A stretch of 64,000 nucleotides of DNA from an uncultured Gammaproteobacteria bacterium. GTDB taxonomy: Bacteria; Patescibacteriota; Microgenomatia; UBA10105; UBA927. This document shows positions 35,147 through 45,762 of the stretch, one piece after another (the first letter of the stretch is position 1; each line of letters opens with the position of its first letter). The translations under genes were made by a program, and so were the position numbers. The DNA lies in assembly GCA_964515005.1 (NCBI GenBank), contig CAZEVT010000004.1:4302-68301 (forward strand), written 5' to 3'. The notes under the pieces were generated by a model, which ran no database searches, was not told where the DNA came from, and saw only the letters and a program-made list of their open reading frames with translations.

Positions 35147-36274
35147 ATGAAATTTCTTCGCATTCTTCTTATCTGCTGCCTCGTTTTTCTGGCCGTTACC
35201 ACGGCGGCGTTTGCCGATGAGATCGGGGATAAGATCCAGGAGTACACCAAGAAAATTGCGGAGCTTCAAGGGCAGGAACATACGCTTTCCAATCAGATAA
35301 ACCTTCTTAATTCCCAAATTTCCCTGGCGACGCTTCGGATTAACACCATCCGCGGCCAGATTGATAAGCTGTCAACCGAAATTGATGAGCTCAACGGCGA
35401 AATTGACCGGCTGGAGGAGCTCAAAACCAAACGGCTCGAACTTGTGCTTCACCGGATTCCCGAATCGTACAAGAGGAGCCGCGTGCCGCAAATCGGGCTT
35501 CTTTTCTTCAGTAAAAATTTTTCAGACTTTGTGGCCCGTCTACAGTACTTACGCACCGTGGAGGAAGAAGACGCCTTAAACTACCGCAAATTGCAGGACA
35601 CGCAGGATCAGTACAATGAGAGGAAGAGCCTGCGGGAGAAAAAGAAGGATCAAAGCGAAGCCCTGAAGCGTGAACTGGAGAAAGAATCGGTCGCCCTTGC
35701 CCAGCAGAAAAAAAATAAACAGGTGCTTCTGGACGAGACGCGAAACAGCGAGACGGTGTATCAACGGCTTCTTGCCCAGGCACTTGCAGAAAAACAGGCA
35801 CTGGAGCGCGCGCTCGTGGATTCCGTAAAGGTCGGGCCGGTAAATAAAGGAGACCCGATTGCGCTGGTTGGGAATTCCGGGTATCCGGGGTGTTCAACAG
35901 GCGCCCATCTTCACTTTGAAGTGCGGAAAAACAACGCATGGGTTGATCCGGGAAGTTATTTGTCCGGGAAAACGGTCTTTGATGAGCAAACGAGTAGTAA
36001 CATGGGTATCGGTTCGGGTTCATGGGACTGGCCGCTATCGGACCCCATTCGTCTCACCCAGCGCTTTGGCCACACACCATGGAGCTACCGGTATAGCTAC
36101 TCAGGAGGGATTCATACAGGCTTTGATATGACCAGCGGAAGTTCCGTCATCCGCGCTCCTCAAAGCGGGACGCTGTACTCCTCTTCGCAAGCTTGCGGCG
36201 GCAGTAGTATCATAAAGATAAAGTACATAGACCACGGAGACGGGGTCTTGAGTTTTTATCTGCATGTGCAGTAA
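35147..36274 (+). CDS. EnvC/PcsB-like coiled-coil protein with circularly permuted M23 peptidase domain
   Basis: Signal peptide and long coiled coil. STGAHLHFEV..VDP precedes WP..HTGFD..YLH. Confidence 0.88.
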   Translation: MKFLRILLICCLVFLAVTTAAFADEIGDKIQEYTKKIAELQGQEHTLSNQINLLNSQISLATLRINTIRGQIDKLSTEIDELNGEIDRLEELKTKRLELVLHRIPESYKRSRVPQIGLLFFSKNFSDFVARLQYLRTVEEEDALNYRKLQDTQDQYNERKSLREKKKDQSEALKRELEKESVALAQQKKNKQVLLDETRNSETVYQRLLAQALAEKQALERALVDSVKVGPVNKGDPIALVGNSGYPGCSTGAHLHFEVRKNNAWVDPGSYLSGKTVFDEQTSSNMGIGSGSWDWPLSDPIRLTQRFGHTPWSYRYSYSGGIHTGFDMTSGSSVIRAPQSGTLYSSSQACGGSSIIKIKYIDHGDGVLSFYLHVQ

Positions 36275-36995
36275 AATCGGACTGATTTTTCTTTTTTTCC
36301 TTTTTGTAGTTCCCGTATTTGCTGTTTCGGTAATTGTCACAGACGTGCCTTCTCCTATTTCTGCTATTCCTTTCCCTGTGACTGTTTCCGTGTATGGAGC
36401 AAATTCCGGGAAAAATTATTTTCGGGTGGATTTGTTTAAAGACGGGACATCTAATTACTTTGGAGAAACATATAATGGAAGTGAATGGTATTTTGGATCT
36501 GTCGGTACTTCATATTTTCCGATAGATATAACATCTTCAGCGACTACTGCCTCGGCTACTTTTCAGGCGCAGATAGGGGAGCCAACCTCTGCCGAATATC
36601 CCGGGCCCGGCGCTTATAAATTAAGAATTAGAAGGTATACCTCGGCCTCAAGTTACTCACCAAGTAGTTTGTATGATGTGACTATAGATATTCCGATGCC
36701 CACCCCGACACCGACTCCTACGTCTACATCTGTAAATACTCCGACGCCTACCGTGGCACTCACTCCGACAAAAACGCCCACGCCGACCCCGATACGTACC
36801 CCCACACCAATCAAAATTGCTACCCCCACAACACATGCAACAGAAACCGCGGTGTTGGGGTTGACTGATGAGGTTGATCCACCGGCAAGCGCGAGTAGCA
36901 CGTCCCGTCCGCTTATGCCCGTCGCCATCTCATTGCTTCTTATCGGTTTGGGCTTGGGAATTTTGTCTTTAGCCTTTATACTAAAGAAGAAATGA
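36264..36995 (+). CDS. surface protein with PT-rich linker and C-terminal TM anchor
   Basis: Signal peptide, beta-rich domain, (PT)n, TM + KKK. Confidence 0.8.
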   Translation: MCSKIGLIFLFFLFVVPVFAVSVIVTDVPSPISAIPFPVTVSVYGANSGKNYFRVDLFKDGTSNYFGETYNGSEWYFGSVGTSYFPIDITSSATTASATFQAQIGEPTSAEYPGPGAYKLRIRRYTSASSYSPSSLYDVTIDIPMPTPTPTPTSTSVNTPTPTVALTPTKTPTPTPIRTPTPIKIATPTTHATETAVLGLTDEVDPPASASSTSRPLMPVAISLLLIGLGLGILSLAFILKKK

Positions 36996-37363
36996 AATAT
37001 ATTCGATCTTGGGGGCCGGTAGTAGCATGGATGGTTATTATTTTTCTCTTTTCTTCGCGACCGAGCACCGAAGTATCATCCGAACAAATCCTTAATTTTC
37101 TGTTTTTCAAATCTCTGCACGTTTTGGAGTATGCCGCATTATTTTTTCTTACGTATCGGGCTACGAAGCGGGTGGTATTGTCTTTTGTCATTACGATTCT
37201 GTATGCCGCCAGCGACGAGATCCACCAACTGTATGTGCCAACAAGGGAAGGGAAGGTGCGGGATGTTATAATTGACACATTAGGGGCGACTCTCGCATGG
37301 ATAACAATCGCGAAATTATTACCAAAAATGCCCAAGAAACTGCAGAAGTGGGCGCGCGCCTAG
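36992..37363 (+). CDS. VanZ family protein
   Basis: WMVIIFLFSS, KSLHVLEYA, YAASDEIHQLYVPTREG..RDVIID. Confidence 0.92.
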   Translation: MKYIRSWGPVVAWMVIIFLFSSRPSTEVSSEQILNFLFFKSLHVLEYAALFFLTYRATKRVVLSFVITILYAASDEIHQLYVPTREGKVRDVIIDTLGATLAWITIAKLLPKMPKKLQKWARA

Positions 37364-37728
37364 CAGGGGAGCGGCCGCGGCTCGTCTGCCTCTATGGAGA
37401 ATTGGGAAGCGGCAAGACGACATTCACCCAGGGGTTTGCAAAAGCGCTGGGCGTAAAAAACAGACTTCTCTCCCCCACCTTCATAATTGTGCGACGTTAT
37501 GATTTACCCAAGAACCTTTTGTTTTATCACGTCGATCTGTATCGCCTGAATTCAACTGATGAAATGGAAGAGTTAGGGCTATCCGAGATATTTTCAGATC
37601 CGCAGGCGTTCGTGGTCGTCGAATGGGCTGACAAGTTGGGGGATCTGTTGCCAACGAATCGAATAGATATTCATTTTTCGGTAGTGGATAATGAAAAACA
37701 CAAACTTACAATTACAAAAGGCAATTGA
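37297..37728 (+). CDS. tsaE: t6A biosynthesis ATPase TsaE
   Basis: GELGSGKTTF, SPTF, HVDLYRL, VEWA. Confidence 0.95.
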   Translation: MDNNREIITKNAQETAEVGARLAGERPRLVCLYGELGSGKTTFTQGFAKALGVKNRLLSPTFIIVRRYDLPKNLLFYHVDLYRLNSTDEMEELGLSEIFSDPQAFVVVEWADKLGDLLPTNRIDIHFSVVDNEKHKLTITKGN

Positions 37729-38272
37729 GGTCGCGCGCGCCGGCGGAATAATCATTTTTCCGACCGATACGGCGTTTGGCATAGGGTGCAGGATAGACAA
37801 CCGCGAAGCGGTTGATAGACTGTTTGCAATAAGACGTCGTCCGCTGGCGCAGCCAATGCCGGTACTGGTTGACTCGGAAACTATGGCCCTTTCCTTTTTT
37901 GATTCCCCTTCAGATGTTGTGCGACGTCTTATACGAATGTATTGGCCCGGAGGACTCACGATCATTGCCCCGTGCAAAAAAAATATGATGTACTCCCCTA
38001 TTCGTGCGGGAGGCGAGACGGTTGGTCTTCGGATGCCCGATCACGAAACAATATTGCAAATCATCAAAGGGGTGGGTGTGCCGATATTGGGTCCGTCTGC
38101 CAACTTTCACGGTGACCCGACTCCCTACAGGTTTGAAGATATCAATCCGGAACTTGTTACGCTTGTCGATTACGTTGTGCCGGGTGAGTGTACGTTGAAG
38201 CAGGCCTCAACGGTTGTTGACTGTTCCGTGGATCCGTATAAAATAATCCGCCAGGGCGCGGTGAAGATATGA
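37691..38272 (+). CDS. tsaC: threonylcarbamoyl-AMP synthase (YrdC/Sua5)
   Basis: FPTDTAFGIG, WPGGLT, VGLRMP, PSAN, STVVD. Confidence 0.93.
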   Translation: MKNTNLQLQKAIEVARAGGIIIFPTDTAFGIGCRIDNREAVDRLFAIRRRPLAQPMPVLVDSETMALSFFDSPSDVVRRLIRMYWPGGLTIIAPCKKNMMYSPIRAGGETVGLRMPDHETILQIIKGVGVPILGPSANFHGDPTPYRFEDINPELVTLVDYVVPGECTLKQASTVVDCSVDPYKIIRQGAVKI

Positions 38273-38583
38273 AAGATATCACACTAAAAATTGATACCTC
38301 TGAAATCAATACCGCCAAAGTCGCGGTGACGATTGAGGGGAAACGATTTGAAAAAACAAGCGAGTCGCGGGTGATGAAGTCACAGATGGTGCTGCCGCTT
38401 ATTGAATCGCTCCTTGCGGAGCACCAGATGAAGCTTACTGACGTGACTAGGATTGAAGTTGCGACCGGTCCGGGCTCGTTTACAGGACTCCGTGTCGGAA
38501 CGACCGTCGCCAACGCGCTTGGATTTTTACTGGATGTCCCGGTCAACGGGAAAAAGACCCTTGCTATTCCTACGTATCAGTGA
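38269..38583 (+). CDS. tsaB: truncated TsaB (N-terminal domain only)
   Basis: IDTS, GPGSFTGLRVG; only 104 aa. Confidence 0.85.
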   Translation: MKDITLKIDTSEINTAKVAVTIEGKRFEKTSESRVMKSQMVLPLIESLLAEHQMKLTDVTRIEVATGPGSFTGLRVGTTVANALGFLLDVPVNGKKTLAIPTYQ

Positions 38584-38621
38584 TATCTATGATATAGTAG
38601 AAATTATTCGAAAGGAGTTCT

Positions 38622-39188
38622 ATGGCAGAAGAAACAAAGAAAGAAAAGAAAAAAACCAGTCCGCTGGTGTTTATAGGTATCGGATGTTTAGTGCTCATTG
38701 TGCTTTTTGGTATCGGGAGTGCGGTGGTTGGTAAGTTTTTTGCTAAGAAGTTTGTATCGGGTGTCATAGAAAGTAAAACTGGGATTAAAACAAATATCCA
38801 GGACCTGGAGCAAGGGAAAATGACGTTCACCGATGAGAAAACCGGAACGAAGGTGGATATTGGTACAAACAAGGTACCGGATACCTTCCCGAAGGAATTT
38901 CCTCTCTATCCGGGCGCCAAGGTAACCAGCGCGCTGTCAGGCGAAGCGTCGGGGAAAAGCAACGGGTTCTGGCTGACTATGTCAACCCCTGATTCGGTCG
39001 ATAAAGTCGCGGGTTTTTACAAAAGTCAGTTTGCGGCGGCTGGTTGGGCTGTCGAGGCCACCTATACCGCAAGCGGTACGACAACGGAAACTGTGTCTAA
39101 AGACAAATGGAAGGGCTCGCTTGCGATATCACGTGATGAGAGTTCCAAAGACACACAGATCGTGATTATCCTAGGTCAGGAAGATTAA
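38622..39188 (+). CDS. single-TM hypothetical protein
   Basis: AGGAG SD, TM helix, PDTFPKEFPLYPGA, FYKSQF..AGW. Confidence 0.8.
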   Translation: MAEETKKEKKKTSPLVFIGIGCLVLIVLFGIGSAVVGKFFAKKFVSGVIESKTGIKTNIQDLEQGKMTFTDEKTGTKVDIGTNKVPDTFPKEFPLYPGAKVTSALSGEASGKSNGFWLTMSTPDSVDKVAGFYKSQFAAAGWAVEATYTASGTTTETVSKDKWKGSLAISRDESSKDTQIVIILGQED

Positions 39189-39208
39189 TAATGCTATGAT
39201 GGTTTGGT

Positions 39209-40150
39209 ATGGCTAGGATTAATCTGCTTGTCCACCTATTCCTTCCCCATCACACGAACAACCACCGTGCCAAAGCGCTCCACATCGATGCGCTTCTTGC
39301 CTACGTTTTGGTGTTTGCCCTTTTTAATCTCGGCCTCAAAGCCATCCACAGAACAATTCCTGACGTCTTAGGATACGCCACAGACATCCATGTTGAACAA
39401 CTTCTTGCCGGAACAAACGCCAAACGCGCCGAAGCTGGGCTTTCGGCGTTGTCTCTCAACAGTAAACTTTCAGCGGCAGCAGCTGCCAAAGCCGGGGATA
39501 TGTTTGCCAAAGGCTATTGGGCACACAATAGCCCAACAGGGGCGACCCCGTGGGAGTTTATATCCGGCGCCGGATACCGCTATACCGTGGCAGGGGAAAA
39601 TCTTGCCAAAAATTTTTCAACGAGTGGCGCGGTTGTGGACGCGTGGATGGGGTCCCCCACACACCGGGCAAATGTGGTAAAACCTTCGTATAAAGAGGTA
39701 GGATTTGCGGTCGTCAACGGCACATTAAACGGTGAAGAAACGACCCTCGTGGTGCAAATGTTTGGGGCGTCAACAGGCGCACCGGTTGCCTCCGCTCCGC
39801 CTGCAGCTGTCAAGCAGGTTGAGGTTCCCAAAACTGCGGCTTCCGAGGAGACACCTCAAGTCGTCGTGACCCAAGCTCCCGTGCCACTGCCGACGTTGGC
39901 GCCTCTCGATGCGGCAGTCGTCAGCGGCTACCAGAGTGTGACCAAAAATCCAATCTTCAATATCCCCACGGTTTCCCGCGATATTGTATTTGCGTTTTTG
40001 GGTATCATGATGGGGCTCCTTTTAGTTGACGCGGTTGTCGCTTCCCGCCGTCATGTCGTGCGGATTGCCGGTCACAATATTGCGCATATGTTTTTCATGC
40101 TTGCTTTTTATATTCTGCTTTCCAGTGTGGAAAGGGGTAGGCTCTTATGA
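39209..40150 (+). CDS. CAP/SCP domain membrane protein
   Basis: TN..R...GL..L, YWAH, AGENLA, WMGSPTHRAN. Confidence 0.92.
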   Translation: MARINLLVHLFLPHHTNNHRAKALHIDALLAYVLVFALFNLGLKAIHRTIPDVLGYATDIHVEQLLAGTNAKRAEAGLSALSLNSKLSAAAAAKAGDMFAKGYWAHNSPTGATPWEFISGAGYRYTVAGENLAKNFSTSGAVVDAWMGSPTHRANVVKPSYKEVGFAVVNGTLNGEETTLVVQMFGASTGAPVASAPPAAVKQVEVPKTAASEETPQVVVTQAPVPLPTLAPLDAAVVSGYQSVTKNPIFNIPTVSRDIVFAFLGIMMGLLLVDAVVASRRHVVRIAGHNIAHMFFMLAFYILLSSVERGRLL

Positions 40151-40398
40151 GGAAGACACATATTGCCCATCTGCTCGTTCTCATTGCAATGCTCGGGATT
40201 GCGGTCTGGGGGTTTTTTGCCGCCGCACCGAATGTCGTGTTGCAGCTTGGAATCGGCGTCGTTACCGCAGTGTCCTACGTGCTCTGGGGCATACTGCACC
40301 ACGCCAGTGAGGGCGATCTTCACCCAAAGATTGTGGTAGAATATATCCTCATAGGAGCGATTTCGATCGTACTGTTACTAACGGTACTCGGCTTCTGA
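40147..40398 (+). CDS. small 3-TM hypothetical protein
   Basis: ATGA overlap; YVLWGILHH..GDLH.KIVVEY. Confidence 0.75.
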   Translation: MRKTHIAHLLVLIAMLGIAVWGFFAAAPNVVLQLGIGVVTAVSYVLWGILHHASEGDLHPKIVVEYILIGAISIVLLLTVLGF

Positions 40399-40422
40399 TA
40401 CAACCATGCGAAAGGAGAATCT

Positions 40423-41157
40423 ATGAAAGGTGTCATACTCGCCGGAGGACAAGCGACTCGGCTTCGTCCGCTCACTCTGGTTACCAACAAACATTTACTG
40501 CCGGTATATCGGAAACCGATGATTTATTATCCTCTGGAGGCCATGGCAAAAGCGGGAATTAAAGAAGTGCTTTTGACCACTTCTTCCGATCACGCCGGGC
40601 ATTTTGCAAACTTGCTTCAGGCAGGAGAAGAATTCGGTCTCCGCCTGTACTACGCAATCCAAAAAGAGCCCAAAGGCATCTCCCATGCCATCAGTCTTGC
40701 CGAAGAGTTTGCCCGGGACGAGTCCCTCCTGGTTATCTTGGGGGACAATATTTTTAATTTTGACCTCGCAAAATCGGTGAAAAAGCTTGAAGCCCAAGGC
40801 CACGGCGCCATGGTGTTTGGCGTCCATAAGGACACTGAATCAAAACACTACGGCGTTATAGAAGTAGACGCCGCGGGAAAAGTGGTGTCTATTGAGGAAA
40901 AACCGGCGCATCCCAAATCTGACATCGCCCAAACCGGGATATACATGTATGACAAAAAAGTATTTGATTATATTCGCACGCTCAAGCCGTCGGCGCGGGG
41001 TGAATATGAAGTGACGGATTTAAACAATTGTTATTTGCGTGAAGGAACACTGTCGTGTCAAGTCATCGACTGGTGGGTGGACGCGGGAACATCCCATGAT
41101 GAGCTCCTGCGTGCCAACGCAGAAGTTGCCCGGTTAGTGAAGGAAGGAAAATTATGA
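40423..41157 (+). CDS. rmlA: glucose-1-phosphate thymidylyltransferase
   Basis: GVILAGGQATRLRPLT..NKHLLPVY, LGDN, EEKP, PSARGEYEVTD. Confidence 0.93.
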   Translation: MKGVILAGGQATRLRPLTLVTNKHLLPVYRKPMIYYPLEAMAKAGIKEVLLTTSSDHAGHFANLLQAGEEFGLRLYYAIQKEPKGISHAISLAEEFARDESLLVILGDNIFNFDLAKSVKKLEAQGHGAMVFGVHKDTESKHYGVIEVDAAGKVVSIEEKPAHPKSDIAQTGIYMYDKKVFDYIRTLKPSARGEYEVTDLNNCYLREGTLSCQVIDWWVDAGTSHDELLRANAEVARLVKEGKL

Positions 41158-41630
41158 TCGACGGCGTCCTCGTCAAGGAGCTCGTCCGTCACGATGACGA
41201 ACGGGGATTTTTTGAAGAAATGATCAGGAAGACCGACGAGTTTTTTAGCGAGGGATTCGGACAGGTATCTCATTCCTTCATGCAAGCAGGCGTGGTGAAG
41301 GCCTGGCATATTCATAAGACGCAGGTTGACTGGTGGTATGTCGTACGGGGGAAAATCAAAGCCGCGCTCTATGATACGCGGGAATCTTCGCCCACTTACA
41401 AGGAACTCAATGAGTTTACCTTGGGCGGAGAGGCGCCGGATAACAAGATAATTAAAATTCCTGCCGGGGTTGCCCACGGACTCAAGGTCATCGAAGGCCC
41501 TTCGGATCTCGTCTATGTGACAAGCGGGGTCTATGCAAAAGATGAGGAAGGTCGGATTGCCTATGATGATGCCACGATCGGCTACGATTGGGTGCAGGGG
41601 ATGCCCATAACCAACAAAAATATTACATGA
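41154..41630 (+). CDS. rmlC: dTDP-4-dehydrorhamnose 3,5-epimerase
   Basis: [20 protein letters not shown]. Confidence 0.9.
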   Translation: MIDGVLVKELVRHDDERGFFEEMIRKTDEFFSEGFGQVSHSFMQAGVVKAWHIHKTQVDWWYVVRGKIKAALYDTRESSPTYKELNEFTLGGEAPDNKIIKIPAGVAHGLKVIEGPSDLVYVTSGVYAKDEEGRIAYDDATIGYDWVQGMPITNKNIT

Positions 41631-42601
41631 AACTACTCGTTACCGGTGGCGCGGGGTTTATCGGCTCGAATTTTATCCTCTACTGGATGGCTGCCCACCC
41701 GGAAGATGACGTGACCAATCTGGATAAGCTCACCTACGCGGGAAACCTGGAAAATCTGGCTTCTGTTGAAAAGAATCCCAAGTACCATTTCATTCACGGC
41801 GATATTTGCGATCCTGCAGTCGTCAAGACCGCCATGGGCGGGGTAGACGTCGTCGTACATTTTGCGGCCGAAAGCCATGTCGACCGGTCTATTGATAACG
41901 CCGCTCCCTTTATTCAGACGAATGTCGTGGGTACACAGGTACTTCTTGACGCGGCGGTCGAGGCAAAGGTCTCGCGGTTTCATCATGTGTCAACAGATGA
42001 GGTATTCGGATCGCTTGAACTTGGTGATCCGAGTAAATTTAATGAACGAACACCATATGATCCCAGAAGCCCGTATTCGGCAAGCAAAGCAGGCTCCGAC
42101 CATTTAGTTCGCGCGTACTACCATACGTACGGCCTCCCCATAAGCATTACCAACTGTTCCAACAACTTCGGCCCGTATCATTTCCCTGAAAAGTTTATTC
42201 CCCTTGCCATTACCAATATTCTCGAGGGGAAGAAAGTGCCGGTCTACGGCGACGGGAAAAATGTTCGTGACTGGCTCTATGTCACCGATCACTGCCGCGC
42301 AATTGAAGCGGTGTTGACCCGCGGCAAAGTTGGCGACACGTATTGTATCGGCGGCATGAGTCGGGATGTAAATAATCTGGAAGTAATAAAAATGATTCTC
42401 CAAAAAATGGGGAAAGATGAGTCATTCATAGAATTCGTCAAAGACCGGCCTGGTCACGACCGTCGGTATGCAATGGATTACCGGAAGATTCATGACGAAC
42501 TCGGCTGGTCGCCGGAACACGACTTTGAGGAGTGGCTAACCAAGACGATTGATTGGTATAAAGAGCATGAATCCTGGTGGAAACCCCTTAAAAAAATATG
42601 A
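41627..42601 (+). CDS. rmlB: dTDP-glucose 4,6-dehydratase
   Basis: [35 protein letters not shown]. Start at ATG 41627. Confidence 0.97.
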   Translation: MKLLVTGGAGFIGSNFILYWMAAHPEDDVTNLDKLTYAGNLENLASVEKNPKYHFIHGDICDPAVVKTAMGGVDVVVHFAAESHVDRSIDNAAPFIQTNVVGTQVLLDAAVEAKVSRFHHVSTDEVFGSLELGDPSKFNERTPYDPRSPYSASKAGSDHLVRAYYHTYGLPISITNCSNNFGPYHFPEKFIPLAITNILEGKKVPVYGDGKNVRDWLYVTDHCRAIEAVLTRGKVGDTYCIGGMSRDVNNLEVIKMILQKMGKDESFIEFVKDRPGHDRRYAMDYRKIHDELGWSPEHDFEEWLTKTIDWYKEHESWWKPLKKI

Positions 42602-43473
42602 ATATTCTCGGTACCGGGCTTTCGGGACTCGTGGGATCGCGCGTCGTTGAACTCATGACAGGGGAATTTCAGTTTGAAAATTTGAGCCTCGAAACCGGCG
42701 TTGATATCACGAATATAGAAAGTGTCGATTCCTATTTTGCGAAATCCGCGGCTCCCTGGGTGTTTCATATGGCCGCCTACACCGACGTCCAGGGGGCAGA
42801 AAAAGAGCGCGACCTGGGCGAGGCGAGTACTGCCTGGATGGTAAACGTGAAGGCTACAGAAAACATCGTCGACAATTGCAGAAGGTTGGGTAAAAAACTC
42901 CTCTATATAGATACCGATTATGCGTTTGACGGCAAAAAGAAGTCATATGGCGAAGACGACGCGCCCAGTCCCCTCGGCTGGTATGCCAAAACGAAATCAG
43001 AAGGAGCCAAACGGGTACTGGCGTTAGGCGCGCAGGGACTCGTGATCAGAATTTCAAACCCCTACCGCGCGCATCCCGTGGGCAAGAAGGATTTTGTGCA
43101 TAAAATGCTTGAACGATTACTGGCAGGCCAACTGATAACGGGTGCGACCGATCAGCTTTTTACCCCGACATTCATTGATGATATTGCAGGAGCCCTTCGT
43201 ATTCTGGTTGCAAAAAATGCCAGCGGAATCTATCATGTGGTTTCGGCTCCCGCCATCTCTCCGTACGATGCCGCGATGCAAATTGCAGAAACATTTGGGT
43301 GTGATAAGACACTCGTGAAGACAACGACGTTTGCCGAAATGTTTGCGGGACGCGCGCCTGCTCCCCAGTATGCCGCACTCAAAAATGATAAGATTACGTC
43401 TCTGGGGGTGGCGATGCATTCGTTCGCCGAAGGAATTGCAGAGGTAAAAAAGCAGGAGGGTGTGATAAAATAA
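42598..43473 (+). CDS. rmlD: dTDP-4-dehydrorhamnose reductase
   Basis: [28 protein letters not shown]. Confidence 0.92.
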   Translation: MNILGTGLSGLVGSRVVELMTGEFQFENLSLETGVDITNIESVDSYFAKSAAPWVFHMAAYTDVQGAEKERDLGEASTAWMVNVKATENIVDNCRRLGKKLLYIDTDYAFDGKKKSYGEDDAPSPLGWYAKTKSEGAKRVLALGAQGLVIRISNPYRAHPVGKKDFVHKMLERLLAGQLITGATDQLFTPTFIDDIAGALRILVAKNASGIYHVVSAPAISPYDAAMQIAETFGCDKTLVKTTTFAEMFAGRAPAPQYAALKNDKITSLGVAMHSFAEGIAEVKKQEGVIK

Positions 43474-43479
43474 TTTCTT

Positions 43480-44778
43480 ATGACTATTGCATTTATCGGA
43501 CATGGCTACGTGGGATTGGTTACCGCTTCAGTGTTTGCGGATCTTGGCAATACCGTATGGGTCGTGGGCAGGACGCCCGAGAAAATCGAGAAACTCAAAA
43601 AAGGCATCGCGCCGTTTTTTGAACCCGGGCTTTCGGAGCTCGTCAAACGAAATGTTCTCTCTGGGAGACTCAAATTTACGCTGGATTACCAAGAGGCGGT
43701 TAGTCCTTCCGATATCATATTCATTTGCGTCGGCACGCCTTCGGGGCAAAACGGCGAGGCGGATCTCACGAACGTTTACGAGGCCGCAGAAAGTATTGCG
43801 AGAAACATGGTGGGATACAAAGTCGTGGTGACCAAAAGCACCGTCCCACCGGGAACAAACAAAAAAGTCGGCGACATTATCGGAAAGTATAAAACCGAGG
43901 GGTCGTCCTTTGCCATTGCGTCTGTTCCTGAATTTCTGCGGGAGGGGTCGGCAATTGAAGACACGCTCCACCCTGACCGCGTGGTTATTGGCACGACATC
44001 TGACCGGGCCCGGGAACTCCTTCTTGAGTTGCATAAGCCGATTACGACCAAAATGGTACTGTGTAATGTAGAAACCGCTGAGCTTATTAAATACGCGTCC
44101 AATTCACTCCTGTCGACCAAGATTTCATTTGCCAATGCCATTGCCTTTTTGTCAGAGAAGGTTGGGGCAGACGCCGAGCGCGTGCTTGAGGCGGTGGGTT
44201 TGGACAAGAGACTCGGCAGAAGCTTCCTCTTCGCAGGAGTCGGCTACGGCGGCAGCTGTTTCCCCAAAGACGTGAAGGCGCTTGTTGCTATTTCCCAGGT
44301 CCACGGATATGATTTTAAACTTCTGAAGGCGGTGGACCAGATAAATACCGATACGGCAAAACACTTTGTCGATAAGATCGTCAGTCATTTTCACAAGAAG
44401 CTCCACGGGAAGAAGGTTGCGGTTTTGGGTCTTTCATTTAAGCCGAATACAGACGATATGCGGGAAGCTCCCTCAATAAATATTATTTCTTCACTCACCA
44501 AAGAAGGGGCGTCAGTCGTCGCCTATGATCCGGTCGCCATGGATAATGCCAAAAAGGTGTTGCCAAAAACTGTCTCGTATGCATCCGATGCATATGAAGC
44601 CGTACAAGACGCCGACGCGGTCGTTATCCTCACCGAATGGAATGAGTTCCGGCAGCTTGATTTGGTACGGCTCGCCAAAGGTTTGAAGCAACTGGTTTTG
44701 TTTGACGGAAGGAATATCTATGAGCCCGCAAAAATAAAACAGCTCGGATTTACGTATTACGGTGTGGGAAGAATGTGA
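43480..44778 (+). CDS. ugd: UDP-glucose 6-dehydrogenase
   Basis: GHGYVG, KSTVP, PEFLREG, GYGGSCFPKD, FKPNTDDMRE, DGRN. Confidence 0.95.
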   Translation: MTIAFIGHGYVGLVTASVFADLGNTVWVVGRTPEKIEKLKKGIAPFFEPGLSELVKRNVLSGRLKFTLDYQEAVSPSDIIFICVGTPSGQNGEADLTNVYEAAESIARNMVGYKVVVTKSTVPPGTNKKVGDIIGKYKTEGSSFAIASVPEFLREGSAIEDTLHPDRVVIGTTSDRARELLLELHKPITTKMVLCNVETAELIKYASNSLLSTKISFANAIAFLSEKVGADAERVLEAVGLDKRLGRSFLFAGVGYGGSCFPKDVKALVAISQVHGYDFKLLKAVDQINTDTAKHFVDKIVSHFHKKLHGKKVAVLGLSFKPNTDDMREAPSINIISSLTKEGASVVAYDPVAMDNAKKVLPKTVSYASDAYEAVQDADAVVILTEWNEFRQLDLVRLAKGLKQLVLFDGRNIYEPAKIKQLGFTYYGVGRM

Positions 44779-44795
44779 TACAATAAACGGAGCAT

Positions 44796-45752
44796 ATGGC
44801 AAAGAAAATACTTATTACCGGTATTGCTGGGTTTGTTGGAAGTCACTTGGCAGAGTTTCTTCTGAAAGAAGGGCATGAGATTTATGGGTTGGTACGTCCA
44901 AGAAGCAAAACCGATTACATAGAGCCGATTATAAGTAAACTCCATCTTGAGGACGCGGACCTCATGGATACGCATAGTTTGTATACCCTCATCTCCAAGA
45001 TTAAACCCGACTATATTTTTCATCTTGCGGCGCAATCATTTGTTCCCACCTCATGGGTGTCGCCGTCCGTCACGCTGGAAGTAAATATAGTGGGGAGCGC
45101 GAACTTGTTTGAAGCCGTACGGATGTCCGGCATAAGTCCCACAATTCAAATTGCCTGTTCGAGCGAAGAATACGGGCTCGTGCATCCGGATGAGCTGCCG
45201 ATCAAAGAGACTAATCCCTTGCGTCCGCTTTCCCCATATGCGGTGTCTAAGCTCGGGATGGATTATTTGGGCTATCAATATTATCAATCATACAAAATTC
45301 GCATTATGCGGACGCGTGGGTTTAACCACACAGGCCCCAGGCGAGGCGATACATTTGCCGAATCGAACTTTGCCAAACAAATTGCACTTATTGAAAAGGG
45401 GAAACAGGAGCCGGTCATTCATGTGGGTAATTTAGAGGCCTCCCGGGACTACACGGATGTCCGGGATATGGTCCGCGGATATTACTTGTCCGTTGAAAAA
45501 TGCGATCCGGGAGAGGTGTATAACATCTGCACCGGTAAGACGATAAAAATAGGCGACATGCTCAATCTTCTCCTTTCATTTTCCAAAAACAAAGTGACGA
45601 TCAAAGAAGACCCGTCGCGCATGCGGCCGTCTGACGTACCCGTCCTTTTAGGAGACAATACGAAGTTTGTAACAAAGACCGGTTGGAAACCCACAATCCC
45701 TTTCGAAAAGACAATGGAGGACCTCCTCAACTACTGGCGTGAGCGGGTCTGA
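44796..45752 (+). CDS. GDP-mannose 4,6-dehydratase / Rmd-like extended SDR
   Basis: TGIAGFVG, HLAAQSFV, SSEEYG, SPYAVSK, FNHTGPR, GNLEASRD. Confidence 0.88.
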   Translation: MAKKILITGIAGFVGSHLAEFLLKEGHEIYGLVRPRSKTDYIEPIISKLHLEDADLMDTHSLYTLISKIKPDYIFHLAAQSFVPTSWVSPSVTLEVNIVGSANLFEAVRMSGISPTIQIACSSEEYGLVHPDELPIKETNPLRPLSPYAVSKLGMDYLGYQYYQSYKIRIMRTRGFNHTGPRRGDTFAESNFAKQIALIEKGKQEPVIHVGNLEASRDYTDVRDMVRGYYLSVEKCDPGEVYNICTGKTIKIGDMLNLLLSFSKNKVTIKEDPSRMRPSDVPVLLGDNTKFVTKTGWKPTIPFEKTMEDLLNYWRERV

Positions 45753-45762
45753 CGGGACACTT

